NCBI GenBank assembly: GCA_026387835.1
Contig: JAPLKZ010000007.1
Span: 213,434 to 245,433 of the forward strand
Length of the DNA: 32,000 nucleotides
Reading direction: 5' to 3'
DNA from: Candidatus Saganbacteria bacterium
Lineage (GTDB): Bacteria > Margulisbacteria > WOR-1 > JAKLHX01
Every line of letters begins with the position of its first letter. Position 1 is the first letter of the stretch. The position numbers and the translations under genes were made by a program. A model generated the notes under the pieces. That model had not been told where the DNA came from, made no database searches, and saw nothing but the letters and a program-made list of their open reading frames with translations. Positions 17,644 through 26,668 of the stretch are shown piece by piece.

Positions 17644-18981
17644 TTACGATCCCCGTTGAGCATCTAGGACTGAAACGCCTCTCTTATCACTTTGCCTAGA
17701 ACCGGCCACTGTTTTACTGAAAATGTTATAATTTACCAGGTTAAAGGTATTTTCATAATAATTATCTACTGTATCCTTGAACTTTTTATTCCAGAATTTT
17801 TCGACTCCCGAGCCGCCCAGATCGATTGCAGTTTTCAGTTGTTTCAGTTTTTCCAGCCCGGACGGATCTTCATCCGTGACAAGCTGTTTTTCGACAAGGT
17901 TTATTATCTTTGCGTTTATCGCTGCGGAAAATGTATCAATTTTCACGTTCGGATCCTTGCCACTTCTTACCCGCTCAAGAAATGACTTAATAGAACCGAG
18001 GGTTTGTTTGTCTTTTTTATCATCGGACAGGTCCTCATAGACAGATATGGATAATGCTAATTTACGATGATATTTCTTTTCTTCATCAGCACCGACCTCT
18101 CTCTTAATGATCTTATCCAGCATATCGATAGACCTGTCTAATGCTTCTTCAACATGTTTTCTGCTGTAAATATCACGTTTATCTTTTGGGATCTCTCTAC
18201 CGGTTTCTGAACTTGTCCATGCGTTGATGTTCATCGCGGATTGCCTGGAATTGTTTATGTCATAGACGGTGAACGACATATGCTTCACGTATTGATTGAA
18301 CTTATCTTGGCTCATGTTCCCGGGGCCGTTCTGCATGGTTATGATCACAGTGTTCCAGAAGCCGTCGGGTGTCACGTGGTTGCGGTACACCCCATCGATT
18401 CGGTCATCTCCGTAAAAAGCATTCCACGAATAAGGGTTGAACTTTCCGAGGTTATATTTCCCGAGTAGATCATTGACCTCTTTCATTTTTATTTTACTTG
18501 ACTTGCCTTCATCTGACAGGATCGTTTTTACGCCGGATACAAGATCGGCCGCTTGTTTTTCTTCCCATCCGAAACTTGCCGCGACGATCCTTGCCTGCGC
18601 GTCAGTCGATTTTGGATCATTCCCGGAACCCATAACAGTTGAAACGGGAAAAGCTGATTGCAAATCTCTTGTTCCTGTTGTTTCTGATATTTTGGCAACT
18701 GCCGGTTTTGCAAGCGGTCTACTTGCAGTTGTCGGCTCTTCAATCGTTTTACCTGCGGTTTGAACAGCTGGTCGTGCTTCAGGTCGCGTTGCTTCTGATG
18801 CTCTTGCTTGTTTGCTTGGAGCATCATTTTGATCTGGTATTTGCTTGGCTTTTAATCCTGAAGACTTAAACAAACTTGTTATTCCCATTCCCAACCAGTA
18901 TATCGGGGTGAATTTTGCAATTCCCTCCATGTTCCTGAACATGTCACACGTTTGATCAACCCCGATTAAACCTGTACCCAT
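17644..18981 (-). CDS. hypothetical protein (445 aa): one N-terminal hydrophobic segment, Pro/Ala/Thr-rich linker, globular plus Lys/Asp-rich helical C-terminal part
   Basis: Long ORF with AGAGG upstream of the ATG. Contains FTPIYWLGMGITSLF, then ARPAVQTAGKTIEEPTTASRPLAKPAV. No motif recognised. Confidence 0.75.
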   Translation of the reverse strand: MGTGLIGVDQTCDMFRNMEGIAKFTPIYWLGMGITSLFKSSGLKAKQIPDQNDAPSKQARASEATRPEARPAVQTAGKTIEEPTTASRPLAKPAVAKISETTGTRDLQSAFPVSTVMGSGNDPKSTDAQARIVAASFGWEEKQAADLVSGVKTILSDEGKSSKIKMKEVNDLLGKYNLGKFNPYSWNAFYGDDRIDGVYRNHVTPDGFWNTVIITMQNGPGNMSQDKFNQYVKHMSFTVYDINNSRQSAMNINAWTSSETGREIPKDKRDIYSRKHVEEALDRSIDMLDKIIKREVGADEEKKYHRKLALSISVYEDLSDDKKDKQTLGSIKSFLERVRSGKDPNVKIDTFSAAINAKIINLVEKQLVTDEDPSGLEKLKQLKTAIDLGGSGVEKFWNKKFKDTVDNYYENTFNLVNYNIFSKTVAGSRQSDKRGVSVLDAQRGS

Positions 18982-19087
18982 AATACCTCTTTGTCCGTTC
19001 CCCTAAATATAAATCATAACTGCGTCTACAGTCATAGCGGTCAGATCAAAAGATCTAAATATTTTCATTTGACAGCTCTGCCCAATA

Positions 19088-19291
19088 TCAAGCAATACTT
19101 ACCTTTGAAAAATCTCTTACAGCTTGCTCCAATTGACCCATTGCAACTCTTATTGTGGATTCATCTATAGCTGCTTTCGTTATTCCTTTGTCAAGTTGAC
19201 TCCTAGTTTTCATGCTTGCTTGAGATACTTCTGCTGGTGTTTCCTTGGCAGCCGACTTTGTTTGTCCAACTCTTTGTGTTGCTTCAACCAT
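19088..19291 (-). CDS. hypothetical small protein (67 aa)
   Basis: ATG preceded by AAGGGAG, with the conserved promoter directly upstream. Predicted to be helical. No motif recognised. Confidence 0.6.
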   Translation of the reverse strand: MVEATQRVGQTKSAAKETPAEVSQASMKTRSQLDKGITKAAIDESTIRVAMGQLEQAVRDFSKVSIA

Positions 19292-19305
19292 TGTTTTTCT
19301 CCCTT

Positions 19306-19342
19306 CTATATATCTATCGTATCAAATATATGCAAAATTGCA
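19306..19342 (-). promoter_or_regulatory. sigma-28-like conserved promoter, copy upstream of the 67-aa gene
   Basis: Minus strand: TGCAATTTTGCATATATTTGATACGATAGATATATAG. The motif ends 14 nt before the ATG at 19291 (AAGGGAGAAAAACA-ATG). Confidence 0.6.
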
Positions 19343-19352
19343 TGGAATTTCA

Positions 19353-20393
19353 CTATTTACCTAAAATATCAAATATCATGTGTTTTAACCAGTTTTCGAC
19401 TTCTTGATCCCCCTGTCCGTCCAATGTCTTGTTTAACTCATCCACCGACGTATTCACCTTATCTATTTTGTCATTTATTTCGTTTGTCCCTGCCTTGCCG
19501 CTGCTGATGCTGCCTTCTATTTTTTCCAGAGATGTATTGATCTCGAGAATTTTGCCCAACCTCATTTCCATCGAAAGGTTGTTTGAGGCAGCTACTATGG
19601 CCGCTATCATTTTCATGTCATCCAGTTTCTTAATTAGGTTTTTTATGGACTTGGCTGCATTCTGCAGTTCCATTGTCTTTTTCTTATAAAACTCTTTGTC
19701 AAGTTCTTTTTGCTCCTCGTTTAATTGTCTCCGCTGTTCTATGATATTTTCTGAAATTCTATTGCAGGACTCCATGCAGGTGTTTATTGCCTGCGTTAAA
19801 TAGTCTTCATTTATACCGAATAATACTCCGCCATCAATTATATCTTCTATACTTCCGTCTGTTTCATCGTCTGATGTCTGGTCATCAAACTGTGCGACGT
19901 TGATCTCCCCGTTTATATTATTTATTATATTTTTTATATTTTCCTGGGCTTTTTCTTCTGTGAGCTGGCACGCGAATTCCTTCAAGACAGCATTTGCGTT
20001 GCCGGGTTGGCCTTGTTTGCCGGGTATGTTGCCGATCACTCTGATCCAAGCGTTATCTTTATTAAACTTGCCGTTTCGAAACAATATTTCGACATCTTTT
20101 ACTTTCCCATAAGAGGCCCTTTTTATCTCCAAGTAGGCCGATAATGCGAGGTTTGCCTGATTTTTATCGGCAAAATTTGTTTTGTTTAAAAATGCTTCAA
20201 GTTCTGCCCTGTTTTTTATTCCGCTGTCTTTTAGTTTGCCGTCATTTAGATTTTTATCTTTCATCCAATTTGAGACGATAGCGCCTGTTTTGCTGCGGTC
20301 AGCATTGGGAATATCTTGACCTGTTGCCTGCGTTTGATTTTGATTTAATATCTTAGTTTGATCTATTTGTTTGTAATCTACTTGAAAAACCAT
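19353..20393 (-). CDS. hypothetical protein (346 aa), C-terminal coiled-coil-like
   Basis: The ATG lies 1 nt after the upstream stop codon (GGAGGCATAAC-ATG). The N-terminus is Asn/Gln-rich. The C-terminal half is rich in heptad-like Ile/Leu/Lys/Glu/Asn. Confidence 0.75.
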   Translation of the reverse strand: MVFQVDYKQIDQTKILNQNQTQATGQDIPNADRSKTGAIVSNWMKDKNLNDGKLKDSGIKNRAELEAFLNKTNFADKNQANLALSAYLEIKRASYGKVKDVEILFRNGKFNKDNAWIRVIGNIPGKQGQPGNANAVLKEFACQLTEEKAQENIKNIINNINGEINVAQFDDQTSDDETDGSIEDIIDGGVLFGINEDYLTQAINTCMESCNRISENIIEQRRQLNEEQKELDKEFYKKKTMELQNAAKSIKNLIKKLDDMKMIAAIVAASNNLSMEMRLGKILEINTSLEKIEGSISSGKAGTNEINDKIDKVNTSVDELNKTLDGQGDQEVENWLKHMIFDILGK

Positions 20394-20394
20394 G

Positions 20395-22041
20395 TTATGC
20401 CTCCACCAGATGTTCGGAGCCTTCGACCGGGATCTTATCAGGCTCCGGACCGCTGCTTGTCTCCTCGATCAAACGTTTTTCGACTAGCCGCAGTTTTGAT
20501 ATCTCTTTTAAGATATTGTTGTTCTTTCTTCTCGTCAGCATGTCGTTCATGACCTCTATCTGCCTCCGGACTATATCGATCATTCTCTTGTTGGCGTTAT
20601 ACTTCAGGCTCTCGAACTCCGGTTCGCTTATGTCTATGCCGAGACGGGCCGCGTTCTTCAAAAGGCCTTTCATTTTCTTCTCGACAAGCTTGAAGGCCGG
20701 GCCGCGCAGGTGATACAGCGTAGCGCGTTCTAGCAGGGCTTCTTTTATCATCTCCACGACTTTTTCTTTAGCGGAGATCTCCGCCTCAAAAGCTATCTTC
20801 TCGTCGAGCTCTCTCGTGTATACGGACAGGGCCATCAGCCCGTTCTTGAGTTTCCTGATCTCGAAGCTGGTCGTAAGGTACGTCCTGAGGTCGTTTTTCA
20901 GGAGGCGCTTCATATAAAGCCCGCGCATCCTGTTCACAAGTATCTCTTTCTCGTCATCTTTGGTGTATTCGAACTCGCCTTTTTCTTTTTTTCCTCCGCT
21001 CTGATCGTCGGTGCTGGTATTTACCTGCAGGCCTACGTTTCCGACGGGAACATCTATCAGATTGAACCCGAGGTCCTCTTTTCTGTCTTTCCAGACTTTA
21101 TTTGCCCATTTATCGATATCGGTGCCGGTTTTTTTCAGCATATTCAGTATCGGGGTAATATCATCGCTCGATTTGTCCTTGTTTACCATCTTGCTTATCA
21201 GTTTTTCTTCAAGATGTTCGAGAGCGAACTTTGACAGCTCCTCCTTGACCTTTTCGCCGGCGGAATCGACCGTCCCCTGAAGGTTGTCGTTGTACCCGCC
21301 GAAATCCCATCCGCCCGTCTTCTCGTTGAAGAAGGAGTTTTCAAGAATGCTGTGGGTAGCCTGCTCGAAAAAGGCGCTTTCGAGCTTGCTCCCGGAGAGC
21401 TCGCGCATAAGGAGGGTCTCTTTTATCTTCACCGAGATATCGGCTCTGATGGCTGCCCTTGCCTCTTTCTGCAGTCCGGCCATATCCTTGTCGGACAGGC
21501 CTTTTTCCTTCAGCGCGGCTTCAAGCTTCACCAGTTTTTCGGGAGTCGTTTTTTTGTTGTTAGTGAGGAACTCGCAGTAAGCGGCCGAATACTGCTCGAC
21601 AAGGGTCTGGGCTTCTTTGTTGTCGGCAAAGTTTGAACCGTTGTTCAGGTTAAAACTGTTGGCTATGCGGCTGGCTGTCTTTTTGATGATGACCTTGCCG
21701 ACCTCCACGGAGTCTTTTTCTGTCTCCTCCCCGGCCTTTTTCGGCGCGTCTTCTTTTTCCCTTGCGCCTATCTTCTGTCCTTGATCAAGCGGGTTGCCGG
21801 CCAGTATTATCCCCGAGCCTGCTACCTTGTTGACTATCGCTCTTAGCACGGACATGCCTTCCTCGCCGAAGTTCTCCGCCTCAAGCACCTGCATGAGGTT
21901 CTCCTCGATCCTTGCGGAGTCGTACTTGCTTTTTGTAAAGTTTTTGTCCTTGATATCGCCCGCAACTCCGGATATCAGGGCGTTATTGGCTATGGCCGCC
22001 ATTTCCTGGCTTGCCGCTTTGTTGAGTATGTTCACTGACAT
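20395..22041 (-). CDS. hypothetical protein (548 aa), Lys/Glu-rich helical
   Basis: ATG preceded by GGGGGAAATGAA, 14 nt after the upstream stop codon. No TM segment or signal peptide. No motif recognised. Confidence 0.8.
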   Translation of the reverse strand: MSVNILNKAASQEMAAIANNALISGVAGDIKDKNFTKSKYDSARIEENLMQVLEAENFGEEGMSVLRAIVNKVAGSGIILAGNPLDQGQKIGAREKEDAPKKAGEETEKDSVEVGKVIIKKTASRIANSFNLNNGSNFADNKEAQTLVEQYSAAYCEFLTNNKKTTPEKLVKLEAALKEKGLSDKDMAGLQKEARAAIRADISVKIKETLLMRELSGSKLESAFFEQATHSILENSFFNEKTGGWDFGGYNDNLQGTVDSAGEKVKEELSKFALEHLEEKLISKMVNKDKSSDDITPILNMLKKTGTDIDKWANKVWKDRKEDLGFNLIDVPVGNVGLQVNTSTDDQSGGKKEKGEFEYTKDDEKEILVNRMRGLYMKRLLKNDLRTYLTTSFEIRKLKNGLMALSVYTRELDEKIAFEAEISAKEKVVEMIKEALLERATLYHLRGPAFKLVEKKMKGLLKNAARLGIDISEPEFESLKYNANKRMIDIVRRQIEVMNDMLTRRKNNNILKEISKLRLVEKRLIEETSSGPEPDKIPVEGSEHLVEA

Positions 22042-22055
22042 TTCATTTCCCCCGT

Positions 22056-22262
22056 TTAAGAGATCCTGTGGTTCTTATCTTTCAGCTTCCTGATCTCGGC
22101 GGCGATCTTAGACTGTTCCGCGACCGCTTTTTTGATAATTTTTTCGAGCGTCTTGTTGTGCATTTCAAGGCGGCGTTCCGCCTTTATCAAAAAAGCGTTT
22201 ATCTTGATAAGTTTTAGGGCCAGGTCGCCCCTTGATAACCTGTCCTGTTCCTGATCCTGCAT
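22056..22262 (-). CDS. hypothetical small coiled-coil protein (68 aa)
   Basis: The tracked 124-aa ORF overlaps the upstream gene by 151 nt. The internal ATG at 22262 (MQDQEQDRLSRGDL) follows the upstream stop codon by 17 nt and has a strong SD sequence (TGAAAGGGAGGGAACGCGCG-ATG). Confidence 0.55.
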   Translation of the reverse strand: MQDQEQDRLSRGDLALKLIKINAFLIKAERRLEMHNKTLEKIIKKAVAEQSKIAAEIRKLKDKNHRIS

Positions 22263-22279
22263 CGCGCGTTCCCTCCCTT

Positions 22280-23047
22280 TCAGCAGATCCCGTGGTCGAA
22301 CATCGAAAGCTGGTATTCGATCCCCATCTTTTCCTCGAGCAGCCTGGACGATATCTTCTTGCATTGCTCGGTCTGTACCTCGAGCACTTTTTCTTTCGTG
22401 AAATATTCGGTCAGTCCGAGCCTTTCGCACTGCGTGATCAGCTGCTTCCTGATCTCGGAGATGACCGTTTTTTGCGTCTTGACGTATTTTCTCGGGCCCC
22501 CTATTATATTGAGCAGTTCCGAAGTGTATTCGTTCTCTTCAAAAAGTATCTTATTCTGTGAGATCGCGTTCGAAGTGGCTTTTCTCTGCATCTGTATGAT
22601 CTCCTGGCAGCTGGTCCCGAGCAGCGACAGCATCGTCCCGTAAAAAGACAGTTTCATTTCGGCGAACTTCGACACCAGGAGGTTGTGCGACCTTGAAAGC
22701 ACAAAGTTCTTCATGTAATTTTCCTTGAACGAGTCCACCTTTGATTTCAGGTCTATCTTTATGCCGAACATGTTCAGGACATCCGGCCTTTTCACGCTTC
22801 CCTCGGTCTGCACCGAAGACACGTCCACGTCCGACGATATCGGCAGCGCGTTCAGGGTGAGTTTTCCGTCCACTTCCTCGACCGTCCATTTGATCACAGG
22901 GGCGCTGTCCGTTACCTTCGGAGCATTGTTCTGCTGGGGCTTCTGGAGAGCTTCCTGTTTCCTGGCAAGAAGCTGTTCCATCATAGCCTTGTTGTAAAGC
23001 TTTGTTCCGTCGAGATTAGTGCTGGTGCCCGTGTTCATTAAAAACAC
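22280..23047 (-). CDS. hypothetical protein (255 aa)
   Basis: First gene of a tightly packed four-gene unit. GGAAGG lies upstream of the ATG, and the conserved promoter lies 56 nt upstream. No motif recognised. Confidence 0.75.
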   Translation of the reverse strand: MFLMNTGTSTNLDGTKLYNKAMMEQLLARKQEALQKPQQNNAPKVTDSAPVIKWTVEEVDGKLTLNALPISSDVDVSSVQTEGSVKRPDVLNMFGIKIDLKSKVDSFKENYMKNFVLSRSHNLLVSKFAEMKLSFYGTMLSLLGTSCQEIIQMQRKATSNAISQNKILFEENEYTSELLNIIGGPRKYVKTQKTVISEIRKQLITQCERLGLTEYFTKEKVLEVQTEQCKKISSRLLEEKMGIEYQLSMFDHGIC

Positions 23048-23103
23048 CTTCCGTTATATAACAAAGCAGGCCAAAACAACATCAATGCGCGTATGTTCAT
23101 ATG

Positions 23104-23140
23104 CTATATATCTATCGTAATTGAAAAGTACAAACTTGCA
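23104..23140 (-). promoter_or_regulatory. sigma-28-like conserved promoter, copy upstream of the 255-aa gene
   Basis: Minus strand: TGCAAGTTTGTACTTTTCAATTACGATAGATATATAG. Its 3' 15 nt are identical to those of the copy at 19306-19342. Confidence 0.6.
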
Positions 23141-23204
23141 TAAAAAAGAAGTAATTAATTTACTCAATGAGGCCAAATATATGCTATCGGCATTTAGTTG
23201 CAGA

Positions 23205-26200
23205 TTATTTGGATTTTTGTTTGGATCCGCTTTGTCTTTGTTGCGCGATTTTTTTCATCAAAGCAGAGAATGAGGCGTTATTTTGTTGCTTCTTATCATT
23301 TTCCTGCTTTGCCGCGGTTTTTTTGTCATCCCTCTCGTCATCTTCCTTCTCTTTTTTGCCTTCTTTGTATTCTTGCATCTTCCTTTCGTACTCTCTATGC
23401 TTCTGGGAGTTGACTATATTGTTTCCCATTAACTCATTCATAAAGCCGTATGTTTCAGCTTCATACAGTGCTCCGACCTCATGCGTCATCCAAATATATT
23501 TTGAGGCCTGGACGGCAGTCCAGCCATAATCCTGTATACCACCCGGATTATCATACCCTCCATAGGCATTAATTGTTCCTCTCCAGAAATTAGCCTTGGC
23601 ATATTCGCCCATTTCGACATTTATTCGGACCATTGCAGAATTCAGATTCATAACGTTCAAATTATTTATTTGTTGTCCGATCGAATAAAAATGATGCTGT
23701 CCGCTTAGATATCCGTAACCTTGCTTATCCGATGAAGAAGCGTAATGAACATATCCGTCGTAAGGAGGATTGCCTCCTCCCCAATAATTCGTATAAACAT
23801 TATTTATTATGTCCGAAGGTTTGCTGCCATATGGGTGTCTTGCATCATCATAATTTATATTATAAGAGTAACGAGATGCTCCTGCCGGAGCCAAATTGGA
23901 GTTGTCGTCTTCAAATACTCCGATATTTGAAATGAAATTACCAGCTGTGGTATCCCATGACCTGCCCCCCCAAAATGAAGCAGGCTGCCGCGAGTGTGTT
24001 GCTGTGGAAGTATCGGTATACGTCAATTCACCTTTGAATTCATCGAAGGCCGGATCCATATATGTCATGTATTTGTTGATCTTAGTCGCGTAGTCACGCA
24101 ATTTAGCAGCATCCATTGTAGCACCAGTAGTACTTGTTGTTACCGGTGTTGTTACTGGCGTTGTTACTGTTGTCACTCTGCCAGTAACAGGATCTGTTGT
24201 TGTTGTTGTTGTATATGTTGTTACATCTGTTGTCGTGGTTGTGGTTGTCTCGGCAGGCGGCAGGTCTGCAGTAAGAGCGTCCATGGCGGTCTTGACGCCG
24301 ATCCAATATCCTCCAGCAGGAGAAGTATCTGGTATCCATACTTGTTTATCCGCATCAAGATAATATGTTGATAGTTTAAGCTCGTTTTTATTAGCTCCAT
24401 AATAAGTTATAAAAGCATTGACGTTGGTTGTATATGTGTTATAGGTATCTTTTTGTTCTTGTGTTGGAGGAGTTGTAGAAGGTGTAAATACGCTTGCGCC
24501 GGCACAACCAGAGCTTGTGTATTTATCATGCAAAGTTTTCATCGGAGAATTGTTATAATAATTTGTAAGATTTGTGCTCAGCCAGCTTCTGAAATTGGAA
24601 AGCCTGTAGTAATCGGTCGTGGAATACCAGCCCCCACCCAAACTATTCCCACTCATGGGACCGAAGTCCATGATCCACTGGGAAAGCCTGTGCTGCGCCA
24701 GTGAGAATGTCTGCAGAAACGTCTTGTTGTAATCCCCGGATTCCTTCCCTGTCCAGGGATCAGCTGAACTTTCGGTATCCCCCCTGTGATAGTCGCCCAT
24801 CCATTTATCAAAGCTCTTGATCATGGCGTTGTCGAGCGAACCATTATAAGTTGTAGTCGGCTTGTCATCAGAAGCGCCATTATATATATTATTTAAGCCG
24901 ATATTTTGGCTATACCAGCTCATATTGTAATATTGTGAATGCGGGCCGAAGAGCTCGGTCATCCCCGCAAAATACCTTCTCCGCGATTCAAGTAATAACA
25001 CAGCTATATTGAATGCGGCTTGGGACTCAAAATTTGGCTCTCTCCCTGTCGTCCACCAAGAATCTTCAGAACAATTATTTGGGTTGGTATATGCTTTATC
25101 CCCATATCTGTTATCAAAATTCCACGGGGCGCTCGGGTCCATCGCAAGCTCATAAAACGAAGGGGCACCCACCTTATATTGGTCGCCGTTGAATTTGGAA
25201 TAATCCGTGTTCGATGAATACCCGTTGAAAAATGATTCCGCGTTGGTAAATGAACTTGAATAGTCCGCCAGATTTGGAAGGTCGAGTTTTGAAAGCTCCG
25301 TTCCGGAGGGCCCGTCCCAATTTCTGAGCATGGCAGGGTTCGAACCGTAGAAGAAGTTGTTGTAATCGACCGGATGATAATTGTTTATTGTAGTTTTATA
25401 ATCCCCGCCCGAATTATTCAAAAGATATGTATATTGGTCTGTCGCGTCTTCCGAAGCCGCATATACGGGAAATGCTGTAGCAACTATAGATCCATCGTTT
25501 CTCATGCCATAGGCAGTTTGGTTTTTTGAAAGGTCTCCTTTTCCGACAAGAAAATCAACTCTTGTATCGGTTTCTTTAACTGGATTGAAATCCCAGAATG
25601 CTGGTGTAAAGTTAAATGGGAATTCTGATCCTTTTCCTGCTCCGAGAAAGTCAACTACGCCATCATCTGATGATTGGGAATGCCTTTTTCCGAAACCCGG
25701 CTGACCAACGGGATCATGTTGCGGGCCGGACCCCAGCTTGTCCCATATCGCTGATGCTAATTTGTTTTTATCATAATCGGATAATCCCCCATACCAGCGT
25801 GAAAACTCTTCTCCAGCTATCAATTCATCCTTATAAACCCTATAAATTTGATTTTTATACTTTTGAACGTTTAAGAGGCCGTTGCTATCAAGATAACCCA
25901 AATTTTTCAAGGCGTTAAATAAATCCGTGCCATGTCGTTCAAAACCAGCACCAGAGCAGGCGTCAGTAAAATCAGAACCTGTAAAAATTGTAGTAAACGG
26001 ATGGCCAGCTGTTGTATTTACATTTGTACTTGTGCAAAACTCATATGGCGCCCATGTTCCATCCTCATAGTTAGATGAATATATCTCTGATTCTGCGCGC
26101 GGGATGAACTTCATCATGTTAAGCAGGAAATTGTACCTGTTACTCAGCCATCTCTTGCCGCGCGGCGTGGTCTCATTATAAAGCAAATTCTCGAGCCCGT

Positions 26201-26270
26201 ATTCCGGAGTTTCTGACGAGATGGGGAGCCACATCTGCGGCTTGATCTCTAGAGGATTGTCGTAACTCAT
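23205..26270 (-). CDS. hypothetical large protein (1021 aa): Trp/Tyr/Asn/Gly-rich, poly-Thr linker, Lys/Glu/Asp-rich tail
   Basis: Uninterrupted 3 kb ORF with no signal peptide (MSYDNPLEIKPQMWLPISSE). Thr-rich tract TTTTTTDVTTYTTTTTTDPVTGRVTTVTTPVTTPVTTSTTG at about nt 24127-24252. No catalytic motif recognised. Confidence 0.85.
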   Translation of the reverse strand: MSYDNPLEIKPQMWLPISSETPEYGLENLLYNETTPRGKRWLSNRYNFLLNMMKFIPRAESEIYSSNYEDGTWAPYEFCTSTNVNTTAGHPFTTIFTGSDFTDACSGAGFERHGTDLFNALKNLGYLDSNGLLNVQKYKNQIYRVYKDELIAGEEFSRWYGGLSDYDKNKLASAIWDKLGSGPQHDPVGQPGFGKRHSQSSDDGVVDFLGAGKGSEFPFNFTPAFWDFNPVKETDTRVDFLVGKGDLSKNQTAYGMRNDGSIVATAFPVYAASEDATDQYTYLLNNSGGDYKTTINNYHPVDYNNFFYGSNPAMLRNWDGPSGTELSKLDLPNLADYSSSFTNAESFFNGYSSNTDYSKFNGDQYKVGAPSFYELAMDPSAPWNFDNRYGDKAYTNPNNCSEDSWWTTGREPNFESQAAFNIAVLLLESRRRYFAGMTELFGPHSQYYNMSWYSQNIGLNNIYNGASDDKPTTTYNGSLDNAMIKSFDKWMGDYHRGDTESSADPWTGKESGDYNKTFLQTFSLAQHRLSQWIMDFGPMSGNSLGGGWYSTTDYYRLSNFRSWLSTNLTNYYNNSPMKTLHDKYTSSGCAGASVFTPSTTPPTQEQKDTYNTYTTNVNAFITYYGANKNELKLSTYYLDADKQVWIPDTSPAGGYWIGVKTAMDALTADLPPAETTTTTTTDVTTYTTTTTTDPVTGRVTTVTTPVTTPVTTSTTGATMDAAKLRDYATKINKYMTYMDPAFDEFKGELTYTDTSTATHSRQPASFWGGRSWDTTAGNFISNIGVFEDDNSNLAPAGASRYSYNINYDDARHPYGSKPSDIINNVYTNYWGGGNPPYDGYVHYASSSDKQGYGYLSGQHHFYSIGQQINNLNVMNLNSAMVRINVEMGEYAKANFWRGTINAYGGYDNPGGIQDYGWTAVQASKYIWMTHEVGALYEAETYGFMNELMGNNIVNSQKHREYERKMQEYKEGKKEKEDDERDDKKTAAKQENDKKQQNNASFSALMKKIAQQRQSGSKQKSK

Positions 26271-26314
26271 TGCTTGATGTTCACCTTTTTATTTATTATT
26301 AAAGGGACTTCGCA

Positions 26315-26638
26315 TTATCCGATCAGCTTTGAAACCGAATCCTGGAATGATCCCTGTTTTGTAAGCAGGTCCATGGCCATGGTGTTGATCGACTCGAGCT
26401 GGCTGGTATACCTGTTGATGACGAATAAAGCTGCTGCGGAACTTTTGTCGTCAAGTTTTATGCCGTTTATCTCAATGGACTTTGTGGTCGGGTCCGCCAT
26501 TTCCATCGACACCTTATTCAGCGCATCGTACAAATAAATAAAAAGGTTCTTGAAACCGAATGATGTGGTAGAAAGATTCCCTGGTTTTGCCTGGGCACTT
26601 GATATAGAAAGCTGATCATTTATAGAGTCGAGTACCAT
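26315..26638 (-). CDS. hypothetical small protein (107 aa)
   Basis: ATG preceded by AAAGGAG. Polar N-terminus, C-terminal amphipathic helix (AALFVINRYTSQLESINTMAMDLLTKQGSFQDSVSKLIG). Lies 44 nt upstream of the 1021-aa gene. Confidence 0.65.
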   Translation of the reverse strand: MVLDSINDQLSISSAQAKPGNLSTTSFGFKNLFIYLYDALNKVSMEMADPTTKSIEINGIKLDDKSSAAALFVINRYTSQLESINTMAMDLLTKQGSFQDSVSKLIG

Positions 26639-26668
26639 TTCATTCTCCTTTAACGTCTTTCATGTTGC

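Noticed and set aside
18982-19087. A tenth promoter copy in the 106-nt gap upstream of the 445-aa gene
   Set aside because: The best candidate (CGCTATGACTGTAG) matches only about 8 of 14 positions of the -10 half and has no -35 partner at the right spacing. The 67-aa and 445-aa genes are more likely co-transcribed. The small AGATC-TTTT-GATCT hairpin there is too weak to call.
22056-22430. Full-length 124-aa version of this ORF (and likewise the 98-aa version of 17367..17663)
   Set aside because: The 5' extensions overlap the upstream genes by 151 nt and 20 nt and are Arg-rich out-of-frame readings. Internal ATGs with strong SD sequences sit just after the upstream stop codons, so I trimmed both genes.
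26315-26638. 107-aa protein as a T3SS needle (PrgI/MxiH/YscF-like) subunit
   Set aside because: Only a loose resemblance: a C-terminal amphipathic helix and an ADPT turn in place of PSDP. The protein is longer than needle subunits, has a 13-aa insertion after the turn, and lacks the conserved C-terminal residues. I cannot support the call without a profile search.
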